A stretch of DNA of 64,000 bases, taken from contig JALMLS010000540.1 of the NCBI GenBank assembly GCA_038496445.1, positions 1-64,000 of the forward strand, read 5' to 3'. Source of the stretch: Trichosphaerium sp. ATCC 40318. Lineage: Eukaryota; Protista; Tubulinea. The notes under the pieces were generated by a model. That model was not told where the DNA came from. It worked only from the letters and a program-made list of their open reading frames with translations, and made no database searches. Below, one piece after another: positions 23,250-37,057 of the stretch (positions are counted from its first letter, which is position 1; every line of letters starts with the position of its first letter). Position numbers and translations under genes: made by a program.

Positions 23250-25190
23250 ATTAGTCCCCGCCGCTAGCTCAATCACAGCAACTATTCCTCAACGGACAAC
23301 AGTTATCAAGTAAAGTTACCAAAGATAACACACAGGAGAATAGTAAAAAAAAGACAGAAGTTGGAGATAAACAGAATTCAGAAAGAGATAAATGGAGCCA
23401 CAAGCGTACGAAAAACGAGATTATTGTTAACGTCTAATGAATGTGAAAGACCTCTTTTACTCTGTAGTCGAGATATAAAGAAATCTCGAGCAGTAGTTCA
23501 TAATATCGTTCCTTTAGTCAATAAATCAATGTTTGGCACTGACTCTGAGCGTCACGATGATAAATCAATGCGAAAGCATTGGGTACCGATGTATTTCGAT
23601 AAACACGGCAGTGTTATATCCAATGTACGTTTAAACAATCATAATACATAGTCTTATAACGTTATAGGATATATGGGTACCAAAGCAGTCCGTTGTGGCA
23701 AGGTACGATGGTTTTTCTATTCGATTAGGGCAATACAAGCCCACGACATTATAGCGCTATCAGTGCTTACCTTTTTTTAACTATAGAGTCATTGAATGGC
23801 CTACAAAGACAGGAACACTCCGAGGAAGGCTTTACGCGCCAAAAGACACTAAAAACTTCACTGGTGTTCTAGCTATTGTATTTTCAGGATCACATGGTTC
23901 GGCTGAAGAAAACGTTAGAAGTATTGGGTTGACATATACTTTCAGAGGGTGCATGGTACTTTTTTTTACGTCGATACCTTTTCAATGACCCTTGTTGTTA
24001 GTGTCTTGCACTGGACTATATTGGTTTTGGTGCTAGTACATCAAGCATGTATAAACCGTATAAGAAGAATGGGAAGAACAAATGGGGAATGACTGGTACA
24101 ACTTTTTCTGTTTTCCTTTTTTTTTCTTGTTTTGATGTTTGCTAACCTGTCCTCGTGCAGGCATCAAAAAACTTCACGGTACTACACTATACCATGATGC
24201 GCTTGAAATGTGGAATTGCGCAACCACAATAATAGGAGATTTCAAAGGGGTTGTAAGTGTTTCTATTTTTATCACTTATCACGTGATAAACTGACATAAT
24301 TCGTAGACTTTTAGACCGGAAAATATAATTCTTCATGGATTCTCACTCGGCGGTCCAATTGCTTCTTATGTTGCCTCTAAAGTTGCAAGAGAAGGAAAGC
24401 AGGTTAGAGGGCTTGTTTTGGATCGTATTATACTATCTACAAAGCAAGGTGCAGTAGGCCATGGTACGGCAATTTATTTCACTATTCATCCTTAAGATCT
24501 TTTAGGTTATCGACCTTGGCAGGCTTCGTTTGCGGCTTATAGTCAAGGTTCTTTGAGGGCATCAGCTTCTCTGGATGATTTGTATCGTTTTTATCCTTAT
24601 GTTCCCATTCTAATTATATCTGCTGGCTCTGATGATCCAGTTCAGTCATCTAGCACTCAAGCAGGTACTTTGCAGCAATATCAACAAAGTCAATTAAAGT
24701 TGCTTGTCTAGCGATGGAACTGAAGCTAATTGGATTTAAATACGCTCGATTGGATGTAATAACAAGCGCAGGGCACCATGACCATGGATTAGTACTCACA
24801 CGTGCCAAATGTAAATGATACCAAGCAAAGATAAATGTTAACTAACTTACTTTAGCCTCTTTCTTAAAAATGATAAATAATGACAGAGTCGACTTTGGAA
24901 ACCTTAGGAAGAAGAGAAGAAGACAAAGCAAACGGAGATCTTCTCGGAGAAGATCTGACAGAAGATCAAGACTTCATGTAAAGCAAAAAAGAAGACGAAG
25001 TGCACCACATAGACCTCCTATCATCGATCAACCAAAAAAAGAGATTTTATTAAGCGAAAACGAACAAGTTCATATGAGCAGTATTCACGCTCCAAAGTCA
25101 ATACGTAACCTTGCGCATAAAGCACTAAAACGTGTTACTATTGTAGAAGAAACTGAAGACAATATGAGATTACGTTCGCAAACTCAGTGA
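23250..25190 (+). CDS. Alpha/beta hydrolase resembling the MARTX toxin ABH effector domain, with a basic Arg/Ser-rich C-tail (multi-exon; start uncertain)
   Basis: Spliced: GTLRGRLY...VFSGSHGSAEE...LALDYIGFGAS...LYHDALEMW...PENIILHGFSLGGPIASYVA...GKQVRGLVLDR...ILIISAGSDD...AGHHD. GxSxG nucleophile, Asp and His are all present. Confidence 0.85.
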
Positions 25191-27510
25191 TAGACTTTAT
25201 GTAAATAAAAAGTTGTAAATTTGTAAGAAACAAACAAAAGATTATGTTAAAGGAAGGTCTCAGTGTGAGAGGCACCAATGATGAAGTGTGTAGAGAACAC
25301 TCGCAACATCTTCATTGATTTTTATACACTGAAATACTAGGGCTTACACAAGTGGCCAGTAGGAACCACAAACGTACAATATCACAGTTTTCCTTTTGTA
25401 AATATTGGCGGCTTAGTTTATTGTAATATTACGTCGTGTCGACAAATTTGTATAAAAGTGTAACAATCCCACGTACAGAAATGTTGTGAAACCTGACTGT
25501 GAAGAACGCTACAATCTTTTTAGCCACTTATTAAAGGAAGCGCTGTATCATGGGACTACACGGCATTAGCTGTGTTTGGTGCAAAAGGCAAACAACAAGA
25601 GGGACATTTCATTATTGGTGCGAAACTCTTCCGCGTGTTTAATATACGTATTGTTAGTAGGTGTTGGGTTATATAACCTTAGCATCTTTGGTGATGCAGA
25701 TGAGAGCCTTTGGCTTCCCGTTTTATTTTGTCAAACTCACCCTACCTCCTCACTCGTCGTCACATTGAAGTGCTTCCCCTCTACGTGAAATACTTCATCC
25801 TTCGTGGGCGTTGGTCGCATTTGACAAACACTTGCGTTACCTTACAACGAATGTAAAAAGTTTCAATTAAAATAATATGTTCATCACAAAAATCCTTGTA
25901 ATTTGGTTTTATTGCTAGCTAGTCTTACGGGCGTAAGTTTTTTGGTTTACTGCAAATAATGAGAGATTGTCTTTGGTTTAAAATAGTTGAAACTATCGCA
26001 TACACGTACCGACATATGTCAGCGAAGGAGGCATGGTTTGTAATGGTGTTGAGCAATCATTGAGTATCCGTGAGCTACCTAGACGCCACTCTGTAATATA
26101 ATTTTTTTGTTTGTTTCTACCTGTAAATATCTTAACGTGTCGTGAATATAAAAAACACGTGCTCTTTTTTGTACAGCCAAACGACGAAGAAAAGATCTGG
26201 TCACAAAAAAAGCATAGATCCATTACTCCAGATGCACCTAAACACAACAGAGTATACCGCCCTCCTGTAAGGAATTCTAGCTTACAGCTACGCCAAGAGG
26301 AGGATAAGGAGGACTACTTACACCTTTTTGAGTCTAAAACAAGATATCTGTTTTGCGGTACGAACGGCTGTCACGTGGTAAAAGCTCATGTAAATTGGTA
26401 GTTACAAAAGACCTCCCAAAAAACCAAGCGCTTTTACAATCTCTCATTTCCTTTAACAATAATTGTACTGTAGTCTAAGCGCAAAGGGAGTTAGAATTAT
26501 TGAATGAATACTAACTTTCAAAAAACAAAAAAGCAAATCTACTGAAAAGCTGGTTGAAAGTGTTGTTTTTTTTCCCTTTTGAATATTCCTCGGTCAAGTT
26601 ATTTGATATCATTGGCTTCAAGCCGCTTTTTTAATTTTGAAGAGTTTTATTTGTATATTGTTTAACGGGGAATACGTCGCGGCGTATGACAGGCAATACA
26701 CTGGTTAAAATACATCTAAAAGAAATTGGGAATTTTTGTATTGCTGCGTACAGTTACAGTCTCGCGACATGAGCTCCAGTAGGACACCAAAAGATATAAA
26801 GAAACCCACATCTTCTTTTATTGATTAATCACTACAATCCAATACATGGTCGTGTCCTACACAAAGATTATATGCTCGATTGTGCCAACCATTTTTTGAC
26901 GTACATTTTCATTTTGCATGGCTTTAGGTGGCCTCGTCGTTTCAATTTGATATCACTATTTTAAGTCACACGTAAGCCAAGGATGTAGCGACTGTGCCTT
27001 CAACTATTTCACTTTTTTGTGAACAAAAGACTGGCTTAGGCCACTAAGGAGCAGTCCGTAAAAGTATTGAAAATGCGCGTAAGATAATCCTCGAAGGCAC
27101 AGGTACTAAACAGCTCTTGCTTCTCTAATATGTACGGTAAAGTCAAAGCCGGTTTAATTTTAATACGCACAGAGCTGAAAATAAACTTGAGACTACAAAA
27201 AAATTGAAAAAAGAAACTATACCCCTAGTGTAAGAGTACTGACTGTATCTACTTTAGTGTATTCTTTAGGATGGAATTGTGTTCTGCGGTTCACTTGAAC
27301 GTGACCCACAGCAGCGCTGTACCCACAACTAAGAAGCCTTCGCTCGAGCAACTACACGACGAAGAATTTGGCGAACACAGAGAAGGGACACAGCTCGCCT
27401 CAAAATAATCCTGGCTGAAACAGCCACAAGGCACGTACGCTACCCACAGTCATAAAAACTGTAAAGTATATTATTTCTGCCCATACACAAGGCTTTCTAG
27501 TCAACGATAT

Positions 27511-27900
27511 TTAAAAACTATTTCATTTGTCCTTTACCTTCACAAGTAAATGAGTCTCTCTTATCTGCAAACTACACCACAACATCTTCATCCACATAAC
27601 TTCTGAAACCAAGAAGCTTGCCTCAAACATGATAGATACGACCGCGGTAAGCACAACTTTGTACAATGAGTATGTGACACGCAATAGTCCCAGCTCCTCG
27701 AAGATTCCTTTGGCAAAATGATATGAAAGAACCTATTATATCTATGTGTACCTTCCGAAGGAACGCCACTGACATGTAAAAGTTACTAATGTACAGAGAA
27801 CCAAATAAACGATCAGTGGTATATTTGTTGTTAGCCAGTTCTTGCGCTGTGTGAGTTAGACTTGCATTCGCCACCAGCAACAGTATTCTAGCCCTTTTGA
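27511..27900. repeat. Dispersed direct repeat, copy 1 (about 390 bp)
   Basis: Closely matches about 30522-30910, e.g. the shared block ...gtatgtgacacgcaatagtcccagctcctcgaagattcctttggcaaaatgatatgaaagaacctattatatctatgtgtacc... Confidence 0.9.
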
Positions 27901-28369
27901 TTGTTCGGTCGGGTTGTATAGAGATATGTTGACATCATCAAAGTCTGGAATACAAGCAACGTTAGAAGCGGTACCAACACGCAGATAATTTTGAACAAAA
28001 TCCCAATCTACGACGTGACAAACTTTTCAACTACATTCATTCCAAAATCGTCATGTGGACGTATTTTTTTGGGTAATACTGCGTTATAAGAACTAAAATC
28101 TTATTCAAAACAACGAAAATGCTACACGAAGTTTCTTCAACAAAATATTTTAGCCATTTACACTGTATGTTGTAAACCCAAGTTTTTTACTATCAGCTAC
28201 GTAAGTTAGGTTGCTTTGTAGCGTTTGATAAGCATAATACACGCTAACCATACTCCTCGGCTGCAATAACCGTTTACAACTCTTCCATACTGAACAATCC
28301 TTACATAGTCGAAGTTGAACCATCAGTCACAATGTAAACAACTGCTTTGAGATCACGTAGAGTATTTGT

Positions 28370-30170
28370 TTATTCAAATTCCTCCCACAGAACAATATAC
28401 ATTAAAAGTAATATTAAAAGAGATGTATTTGTCACAGATATAGCTGCGCTATTAGCACATCCTCTACGCCACGAAAATCGCAACAAAGTCAAACCTACAA
28501 CAGAGTAAATACTGTGTACTCAAAAACAGTGTTAGATTATGTCATACTCTTATTTATCTTGAATGGTTCCACTACACATTGCCTTCCATTGGATTCTGTT
28601 ACTATAGCTGTTGCTTCAATATCTTGACATAAACTGTCCCACTCTATATCTAGAGTGAACTCGGTTATATTGTCTCCCACGTTTATATCAATGGTGTTGT
28701 TTATATCAAGGCAACCAAGTATTATAATATTTGTACTTTCTGAAGATACTCTGATGCTTGTATCAAACACAAGACTACCTACACATTTGTTAGTTAGAGT
28801 TCTCATAAAACAAATAAATTACCGTTTATTGTGAGATTGTATGGAACGTCAATTATGTTGATATTTCTAATTGCTTCAGATGTAATTATCCATTTGCCAT
28901 CAACACATTTTGCTCCTGATAAAGCTTGACCCAAGCACCCTGATTGTTGTGGTGACATAGTTGGTGGCGTAGATGGTTGCACAGCCGGTTGAGATGCTGG
29001 AGGTGTGGTTGGTGCAAGAGTCGATGGAGGAACTGTTGTCGGAGGAGCAGTTGGTGGTTCTATTGGTTGTGGTGTAGGAGGCGCAGTTGGTGATATTGGT
29101 GCCACAGAAATGGTATCAATAGATGCATTGAACTGGTTGAAAATTGTAGAAATAGTTCCTGTTCCATGGCTTGAAATACTGTGTCCTCTATGACGTGCTA
29201 TATAATCACAGCTAATTCTGATTAGCAATAGAAGAAAAATGGAAGCAAGCTTAAGCACAAAACAGAAACTACTTACTATTTAGGAATACCAAAGAACGTT
29301 TCGCCCGTGTTCAATATGGTTCCTTGAAAAATAACTGAACTCGGGAAAAAATTAACCTAAACAAATATAAGTGGACCACAGGTTTATAACAATCACTGTC
29401 AAGTGACCCCTCATAGTTTGTGAACTAGTTAACATTTTCGAAAAAACAATAAGGTGCAATGAGAACCAAGGTTCGCGTACACAAAATTCCACAAAAGAAG
29501 AATTATTTAATATATCAATTGTGGTATTGAAAGTAATATCTTCGGGACCTCCACATAGATCTTTCACTATAAACTGCTGGAGAAACCCACCCGTGACATT
29601 GTTACAAACTTTTTTAACATCAAAGATTGTTTGATAATATCCTCTGACCGGTCCATTGTTGTAGTTTACCTTGAAGCATATTTATGTAAGAAACGATATT
29701 TTAATGTCAATATTCAACTATGACGCACAAAAACTGCGCCATGAGCAGTCCCACCGCAATCTGATTCATCGCGTAGACTAGCACATACATAAAAATCTTC
29801 GCTCCAGTCCCTGAGAAGTAAATGAATCAGAAAACGTTTAAAGCAGAATGAACACATACATTCCAGGCGTCAAGTCTATTACTGGGTCGAATGGTTGGGA
29901 AAACCTTGCTACCACGCCTATATTATCCACGGTTGCACCAGATACGAAGTCTGGTTGTGTATCGTTATTGTTATCAGGGTAGTGGTACGTAGTATTTTGT
30001 AATACAAAAGCTACGTCTTTTTCAAGATTCCAGGACATTTGACCATTTGTATGAAGAGCTACACGCGTTAGAGATGATTTCAACACACAAAAGGACTCCT
30101 CTATTTTAAAGAAGTGTACCGGCGAAGGTAGCTAGTAATATAGCTAATAAGCTTGCATGTAGACTATACA
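28370..30170 (-). CDS. Cell-surface protein with a Pro/Thr stalk and GPI-like C-terminal signal (multi-exon; start codon unclear, possibly damaged)
   Basis: Signal-like LHASLLAILLATFA; exons join in frame through the PTAPPTPQP stalk and CVDGKW...IILGC domain to ...NSAAISVTNTSLLILLLMYIVLWEEFE*. Confidence 0.65.
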
Positions 30171-30521
30171 TAGCTATTGCAAGGTTAACTTCCTTTATTG
30201 CACCGTTCAAAGTATCCAACCTAAAAGGAAAACGAGTACCCAATTAGGTAAGAATGGCTTGTATTGTGAGACTTAAGGCAACACGTTTTTTAAGCCACAT
30301 TATGGCATTTGAAACTAAATACTTTAGTCGTTCAATTGTGCGTTTAGCTCGTAAATGACATATCAGTACAATGCCTGCAAGCGAGTATGCCTTCACTTAC
30401 GTGTCCAACATAGACAATCTCACTCTAGAGCTAAACATTACAATGTTAACTCACTGAGCGATACCACTTGTTTTGTTTTTAATTCTTCCATAATGTCAAT
30501 CAACAATATTTTAAAGTCAAA

Positions 30522-30910
30522 TTTTAAAACTATTTCATTTGTCCTTTACTTTCGCATGTAAATGAGTCCCTCTTCTTCAAACTACACACAACAACATCTT
30601 CATCCCGATAGCTTATGAAACCAAGAAGCTTGTCCTCAAACATGATAGATACGACTGCGGTAAGCACAATACAACTTTGTACAATGAGTATGTGACACGC
30701 AATAGTCCCAGCTCCTCGAAGATTCCTTTGGCAAAATGATATGAAAGAACCTATTATATCTATGTGTACCTCCTGAAGGAACGCCACTGACATGTAAAGC
30801 TACCAATGTACAGAGAACCAATAAACGCTTAGTGGTACGTTTATTGTTCATTACCTGAAGGCACTATCATATGGACTTTCGCCACCAACAATATTTTCTG
30901 GCCTTTTTAG
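30522..30910. repeat. Dispersed direct repeat, copy 2
   Basis: See the copy at 27511-27900; same orientation, about 3.0 kb apart. Confidence 0.9.
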
Positions 30911-31620
30911 CAACGTTTGTTCGAGGTTGTAGCTGACCTGTGATTCAAAAAACGCCACGTTATATTCTTGCTGATAGTACTCTACGAACTGAAGGAGTGT
31001 TTTCTAATGTTCTGTTTTTCAAACGAAAAATACAGAACGTTGCTTGTTGGCTCCACAAAATAGGGATAACTTGTCGTTGTGTCACGTTCGGTGCGTGTAA
31101 CCATATTACAAACGAGTTTCAGCCAAATCCTTTTTTGGGCGGTTTCGGCACGAACCTGCTTTTTTTTGGTTAAACTAGGTGATACAGAGTCTCTACTAAG
31201 TTTCGACTGTTAGCGTTTTAGGTGGTTTTAGTTTGAAGGAGCCATTGTCCTGTACTTACTGAAGTGTTTTAATAGACACAAACAACCTTTTGCGAGCGTT
31301 TAAAGTAGATATAGAAATAGCGTTATCGTGCGAATCGTGTCAGTTTTAATCACGTGATTTTTTACTCTAAGGATACAAAGGCAAGTCGGGACGTGGGGTT
31401 TTGAAAAACCGCTTTAGAACAAGATGGTAAGCACGTAGAGTTGGTACATTACCGTTTTGACCTCTTACTTTTTTTTATCTCGTAATTATAATTACTCGCC
31501 TATGCGATGGACCCAACACTATGACGGACCCATAAACACCATCGTAGCCTTGTACAGGTTAAAAAAGTCAAAACCCAGTCGTTGTATCCCGTTATAAGTA
31601 GTTATTATCTTCACTACCCA

Positions 31621-33920
31621 ATGCAGGCACTTTATTGCCTTTTAATATGTGTATTTATCTTGGGGGTTTGTGGACAAGCATCGCCATTTATGGGATGCGT
31701 ACCCAGAGCGCTAAATACGACATGTAACTACGTAGGATTCAACGAAACCGACAACATCTTTGTACCTTACGCCAGTCAATCATTATTACTACAAAACTAC
31801 TCTATGTTCGCTCCAGGTATTACTTTAGCGCTTGTGATAAACACAGAGTACGCATTGAATTAAAAAACAATTCGAAATATCACGTTTAATTTAATTATCA
31901 CGTGACAATAAATAACGAACTAATCGCATAAAGGTGTGGTCGTGTTCTCAAAGAATTGGCGTGTAAGAGAGTATTTCGGCCTTGTGAGTCGTCAATTGCT
32001 ATACCACCGACTGCGTGCCGTTCTCAATGCGAGAATGCACTCGAGGCATGTAAAGAGCTATTCGCATTTGCTCCAGAAAGAGCTCCAAACTGCACAGAAA
32101 AAGAAACACTCCTAGGTACTCATTATTGCACTAATAAGTATTAAAATATGTACGCAGGGTTACAGTTCGATGCGTATACGCCCTCACCGCTACCTTGCAA
32201 CAATAGGAGAGTAGCATTAGCAGATGAAGATTGCATATATCCTTTTATAAGAGACTTCAACGCAAAAGAAGGCGACCCTTTCTGTACAATTCAATGTCCT
32301 TTTCCGCGTCGGGAGGATTGCACAGCATATTATTGGGTAAAAATCTTGTTGTTATCCAGTAGTTAAACTAACGCACCTCATAGATAGAGTATATCGGCAT
32401 GCCTTTATCTTTTGTACTAGGACTATACGCTACGATAACTTTAATAACAAATCCAGACAGAAGAAAATTTCCTTTGAATCTTCACATTATAGCCATTGTG
32501 TACGTTCCCAGTTCTAATTATTTTTCTTTCCAACTGTACAAAAGGGCTGCGTCAGTTGTCAGTACTTCACCTCAGTTGATTGTATTCATTTTAAAAAGAG
32601 AAGATATGCTATGCGAAAACAACTGGACATATAGAAATAAGCTAAAACCTCAAAACTTTTTATGTATTTTTCAAGGTACTTTGTAAAAGAGAAGAAAATA
32701 GTAAGAAATAATAATTCTTTAGCTGTGGTATCTTACTTCGGTGCACTATCTGGTCTTTTCTATTGGGGTACTTTGGGCATTGTAATGGCGATTTCTTTGT
32801 ACCACTACAAAATTAAGTGGACAAATCTAATGAAGTACGAACTCACTATCTTCACTTGGACACTCCTCTCACATAGTCTTTTTATGTCAGATTCGTATGC
32901 TATGTGTTACCAGGTCTATTGGCATTGTTATTGACTACATTGGCTTTTGGATTACAAAAATTTGCAGCTCTCCCAAGTTGTATTCCTTTTTGTTATCTTT
33001 CATTTCTTCCCGAAGACTCTGCCCTTCTAAATGTTACAACCTTCTTTATAATGCTCGCTTGCTTCTCCAATCTAATCGCAGTGTCTTACATATCTTATGC
33101 AATATATATGTCATACAGGGTACAAAACAACAGAAACCATTTCCTAGCAGTGGAAAAAAAAATATCACGTGATTTTTTTTGATTTTCTTTGCTTAGAGAC
33201 TTAAAACGCTTAACTCTGAAAAAGAGAAAAAACAAAGAAGGTATGAATTAGTAAAGTTCCCTCTTTAATTCGTTTTGTAGGTTCTTGCGCGCTCAATTGG
33301 GTATGTGGGTTTACTTAATGGGTGTAATGGTAGTAACTATCACCGTACTCTGTTCAACAATTACAGCAGCAGCAACATCTACGGAAAGCTTGTCAAGGAA
33401 CATAGCACAATGGACAACATGCGTTTACCAAAACGGTATAGATGCTTGTGGTAAGAACTCCTAGCCATTTTCATTTCTTACTATTCTCAAAGGTATCTTC
33501 CCATCAGTAAATTCTGATCCAATGGCTGTAGCACTTCAATTAGCTTTGAGTGCAACAGGAATAGTGGCGTTTGTAAGCGCCGCAGGTACTAACCTCTCAT
33601 TTTTTAATTAACTTCCGTACTTATTGATGTCAGCAATGCCTGAATTTTTCACGTGGTCTGTACGCAATTGGTATTATATCACGTGCCGTTTAGAAGAGTG
33701 GGAGAAGAATAACAGTATGAAAGGCAGTAGTAGAGCCACCAACATAACAAATTCTAACACCAATACTCAATCCGGAGCCCCATCTATGGGTAATGCTGCC
33801 GAACTAATTACAGTCCCTGATACGAACACCTCTAGTGATTTGGGAAGGATAGATAGCTTAGCTAGCTCCACAAAACCTCAACAGAGTGACAGTGTTAACA
33901 CCGCGCATAAGGTTGAGTAG
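31621..33920 (+). CDS. Frizzled/Smoothened-like (Fsl-type, class F) GPCR
   Basis: Signal peptide; Cys-rich FZ-like domain (LACKRVFRPC...CRSQCENALEAC...PNC); linker CPFP; TM1 followed by RRKFP; multiple TM helices; Ser/Thr-rich tail. Confidence 0.85.
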
Positions 33921-34443
33921 TGATTAAAAACCAATTGTAGAGATAACCAGGAGATAAAATGAGCAAGTACGCTCTTGTTTATTACTCAAAATATGCAACA
34001 TAAGGTTAATAGTATGACACCTTTAAGCTTTGATTCTTTCATCTGTCAGAGCAGTACTGCCATAAAGATCGATGGTATGAACGCCTGTTAGTGCTCGATT
34101 CCTTTATCTGTTACATTTCTACAACACGTGGAGACATGGTTCCAACACCAATCCTTGTTGAAACCAAAATCATCACGTAACTATTTCGGTGTACATACAC
34201 TTTACAAATTCTCTAATCTCGTGCTGTCTAGTCTACACAGATAGCATCATATTTTGTTTGTGGCTGTTGGTCAGAGGGCAAGAAGTTGCAACTAGCTCCC
34301 ATTTCATTTGTTTAGCTCGCGCTTCTACAATTCAGGCTGAAATATCTGAAAACTGCGAAGCTTTCTGGTCAATATCATTCTTTTTGTTGTTTTTCAGTTT
34401 TACTTGTCACCGGCAACCTCATCTTCGTTTTACTAGCCAAATT

Positions 34444-36512
34444 ATGAACGCAGGAGCACCAGCCTTCGTTCCTGGCGTTATTACAAGGCAAACTGCTGCT
34501 GCACCAGCGCCTGTTGCACCACCGTCCGTACGTTTTTTCTTTTTTTGGTTTTGTACAGTTTATTGAGTACATTATTAGATTATACCAGGTCCAGGCGCTG
34601 AAAAGTCAGAGTTCGATGATGTCGCTCAGTTGCTCGCGAAAGCAGCCAATATGCTTTCACAGCAAGAAGAGGCTCTGAAGATAGAGCAACAGCAGTTTGA
34701 GGTGAAGTCTGGTAAAAAAGAGGAGGAGTTGAAGAAAAAGGCTCTAGATATTAAGAATAAGGCAAATAAGCTCGCAAAGGATACTGCAGATGCCAAAGCC
34801 AGAAATAGCGCGGCACAAAAGGAAATAGACCAAAAAACGAAACAAGCCGCTTTGAAACAAAAGAAAGTAGATACCGAGAAAAAAAAGCTTGAACAAGACC
34901 AACAAGTACGGTTTTAGGGTTTTTTTAAAGTGTCACAACACGAAATCAAACCAGCAAGCCTCTAATAATCATATTAGGCCTTTAATCAGAAGCTATCGTG
35001 GACTGAAGCTAACCTAGCGTGGAAAGCGGCCGATATTGTAAAACTCAATGTTGGCGGTAAACTATTCGTAACGACAGTCGCTACTCTCACAACAAACCAT
35101 GCCAAAGGTACAAAAAACGACTTGAACTTCCTTCTCTAAAAAAAAGCAACGTTCCTGGCTCTACTCGTTGATAATCGCTTTTCAACGCCGCAAACGATAC
35201 GTTGTATTTACGTGTTGCTGTTTAGGATCTAACTTGGCTAATTCTTTCTCCTCACAAACGAAGAAAACTCTGTTCGAAGGTGCCGTATTTATTGACCGTG
35301 ATCCTACCCTCTTTGAGTATGTATTACATTATTGTCGTACTGGCATTTTGTACTACCCTCAAGATGCAGTTAAAGCCGATATGCTTACGAAAGAGCTCGA
35401 ATTCTACGGCTTTACGTACGTCCAACCCTGAACTAGAGGGTTTTTCTCTCAGAAACCTTTTTTGTTTTAAAATGTGCACTCGATCACCACGAACGACCTT
35501 GTATCTACTATCTTATTCTCACATACGATTAGTACAAGTGATAGTACTAGTGCTAGTAAGGGAAAGAATACGTCCTCTACAGCCGCCAAAAAACAACAAA
35601 CGTCTACTTCTCAACGAAGTAACGGTAAACAGTTAGGAAAGACAGCTACCCGAGGATCAAAATCGTCATCTAGCGGAAGTAATGGCACCAAACAAAAGCC
35701 AAAACTTACTACCAATAGCAAGGACTCATGGAGAGTACCGTACGTTCACCAAAAATGCCTAAAAAGAAACCTCAAAAAGTTGTTTCACCAATAACATTTG
35801 CTTATTTTCTTGCCCCGTTGGCATTGTTTGATCCACTAGTATTGGACTAACACTATGTTTAGAAAGACTAGTAGCTTCACGTTAAAGCAGAGAGAAGGAG
35901 CCGACAAGACAGTTAATATTCCAGTTAAAACAAATGGCTCGACCGCTACCAATACCCGTCCTGCCAAGACTTCAACCTACACCAGTGCAGCCCAAGATTG
36001 GTCAAAGAGCTTCACTGCTTTTGTAGGGAGCTTACAATTCGCTGTTACTGAAGAAGTCCTAACAGAGTTCTTCAAACCTCTTGATGTTGTTGCTTGTCGT
36101 ATTGTACGCTCTGGAGGTGTTTCAAAAGGTTTCGGATACGTAGACTTTGCTGATCATGATACGCTCAGTAGAGCAGTTAAGGAGTACAATAGAAAGGTAT
36201 TTCATTTTTTCTTGAAACAAAAACAACAATGAAAAACCTTTCTTAAAACTTTCTTGATTTTTTGGATTTTCGATTCTGTGTTTTCTTGAAACTGTTGTCG
36301 TGAGGTTGTACAGCATACTTTTGGTTCAATTGTTATTTATTTACTTTTTTCTTTAGGCGTTGAAGGGACGTACAATCATTGTAGATTTTTCTCTTCAAGG
36401 ACAAGATCAATCGATTGCAAGCCAACGTGGTGGACATTTTAATGCAAATGTAAGCGGAAACGCTTACTCAGCATTTCAAAAACCTCCTGCTGGCGGCTCT
36501 TTCTGGAGTTAA
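34444..36512 (+). CDS. PAM2-motif / coiled-coil / KCTD-type BTB / eIF4B-like RRM fusion protein
   Basis: MNAGAPAFVPG; K/E/Q-rich coil; IVKLNVGGKLFVTT...FIDRDPTLFEYVLHYCRTG...ELEFYG; in-frame splice (GFT|TSDSTS) into a low-complexity linker; RRM FTAFVGSL...SKGFGYVDF...GRTIIVDFS. Confidence 0.82.
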
Positions 36513-37057
36513 ATACTCGATCAAGATCGATGGGTACACGTGATATCCAGACAAAAAAAACAAAAAAAATTGAAAAAAAAACCATCTAAAAAACACAAAA
36601 AAATTCTCATCTCACTGTTGTACTAACGGAAGCAGTAATGATCATCTTGATATTCTTTGGTGATCATCTGCTTTTGTTAGTACAACTCCAACAGCCGTAA
36701 AAAAACACTCTATTGTGTTTTTTTGTTACACTATCTCAACGTTTCGAAAGTGGTACATTTATCATAAGAAGTATTGGAATCCGATTGTAGAGAGTATCAT
36801 AATCACATAAATTAGGAGTGTAGTGTAATATCATCTTCAAACAAAATAAAACTCGCAAAAAAAAAACTTGTATTATTTACTTTCATATGATCCTTAAGTT
36901 GTAGCGCTCCCTAAGTTTTTTATTGCATTGACCATTTAATAAAACACGTGCACAATACAACAGACGGGATATTTTAAATTATAACATGACAACGTTAGTT
37001 TGCGGAGTTCAAGCAAATACTTTTTTTTTCAGTTGAAATCAATTTTTTTTACACGTA

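Noticed and set aside
25400-27450. Genes in the 25.4-27.4 kb region
   Set aside because: Exon-like pieces and splice sites are present, but stops interrupt every frame I tried and no family could be recognised. Probably decayed genes; not called.
27511-30910. LTR element formed by the two direct repeats
   Set aside because: No TG...CA ends, PBS, PPT, TSD or retroelement coding sequence.
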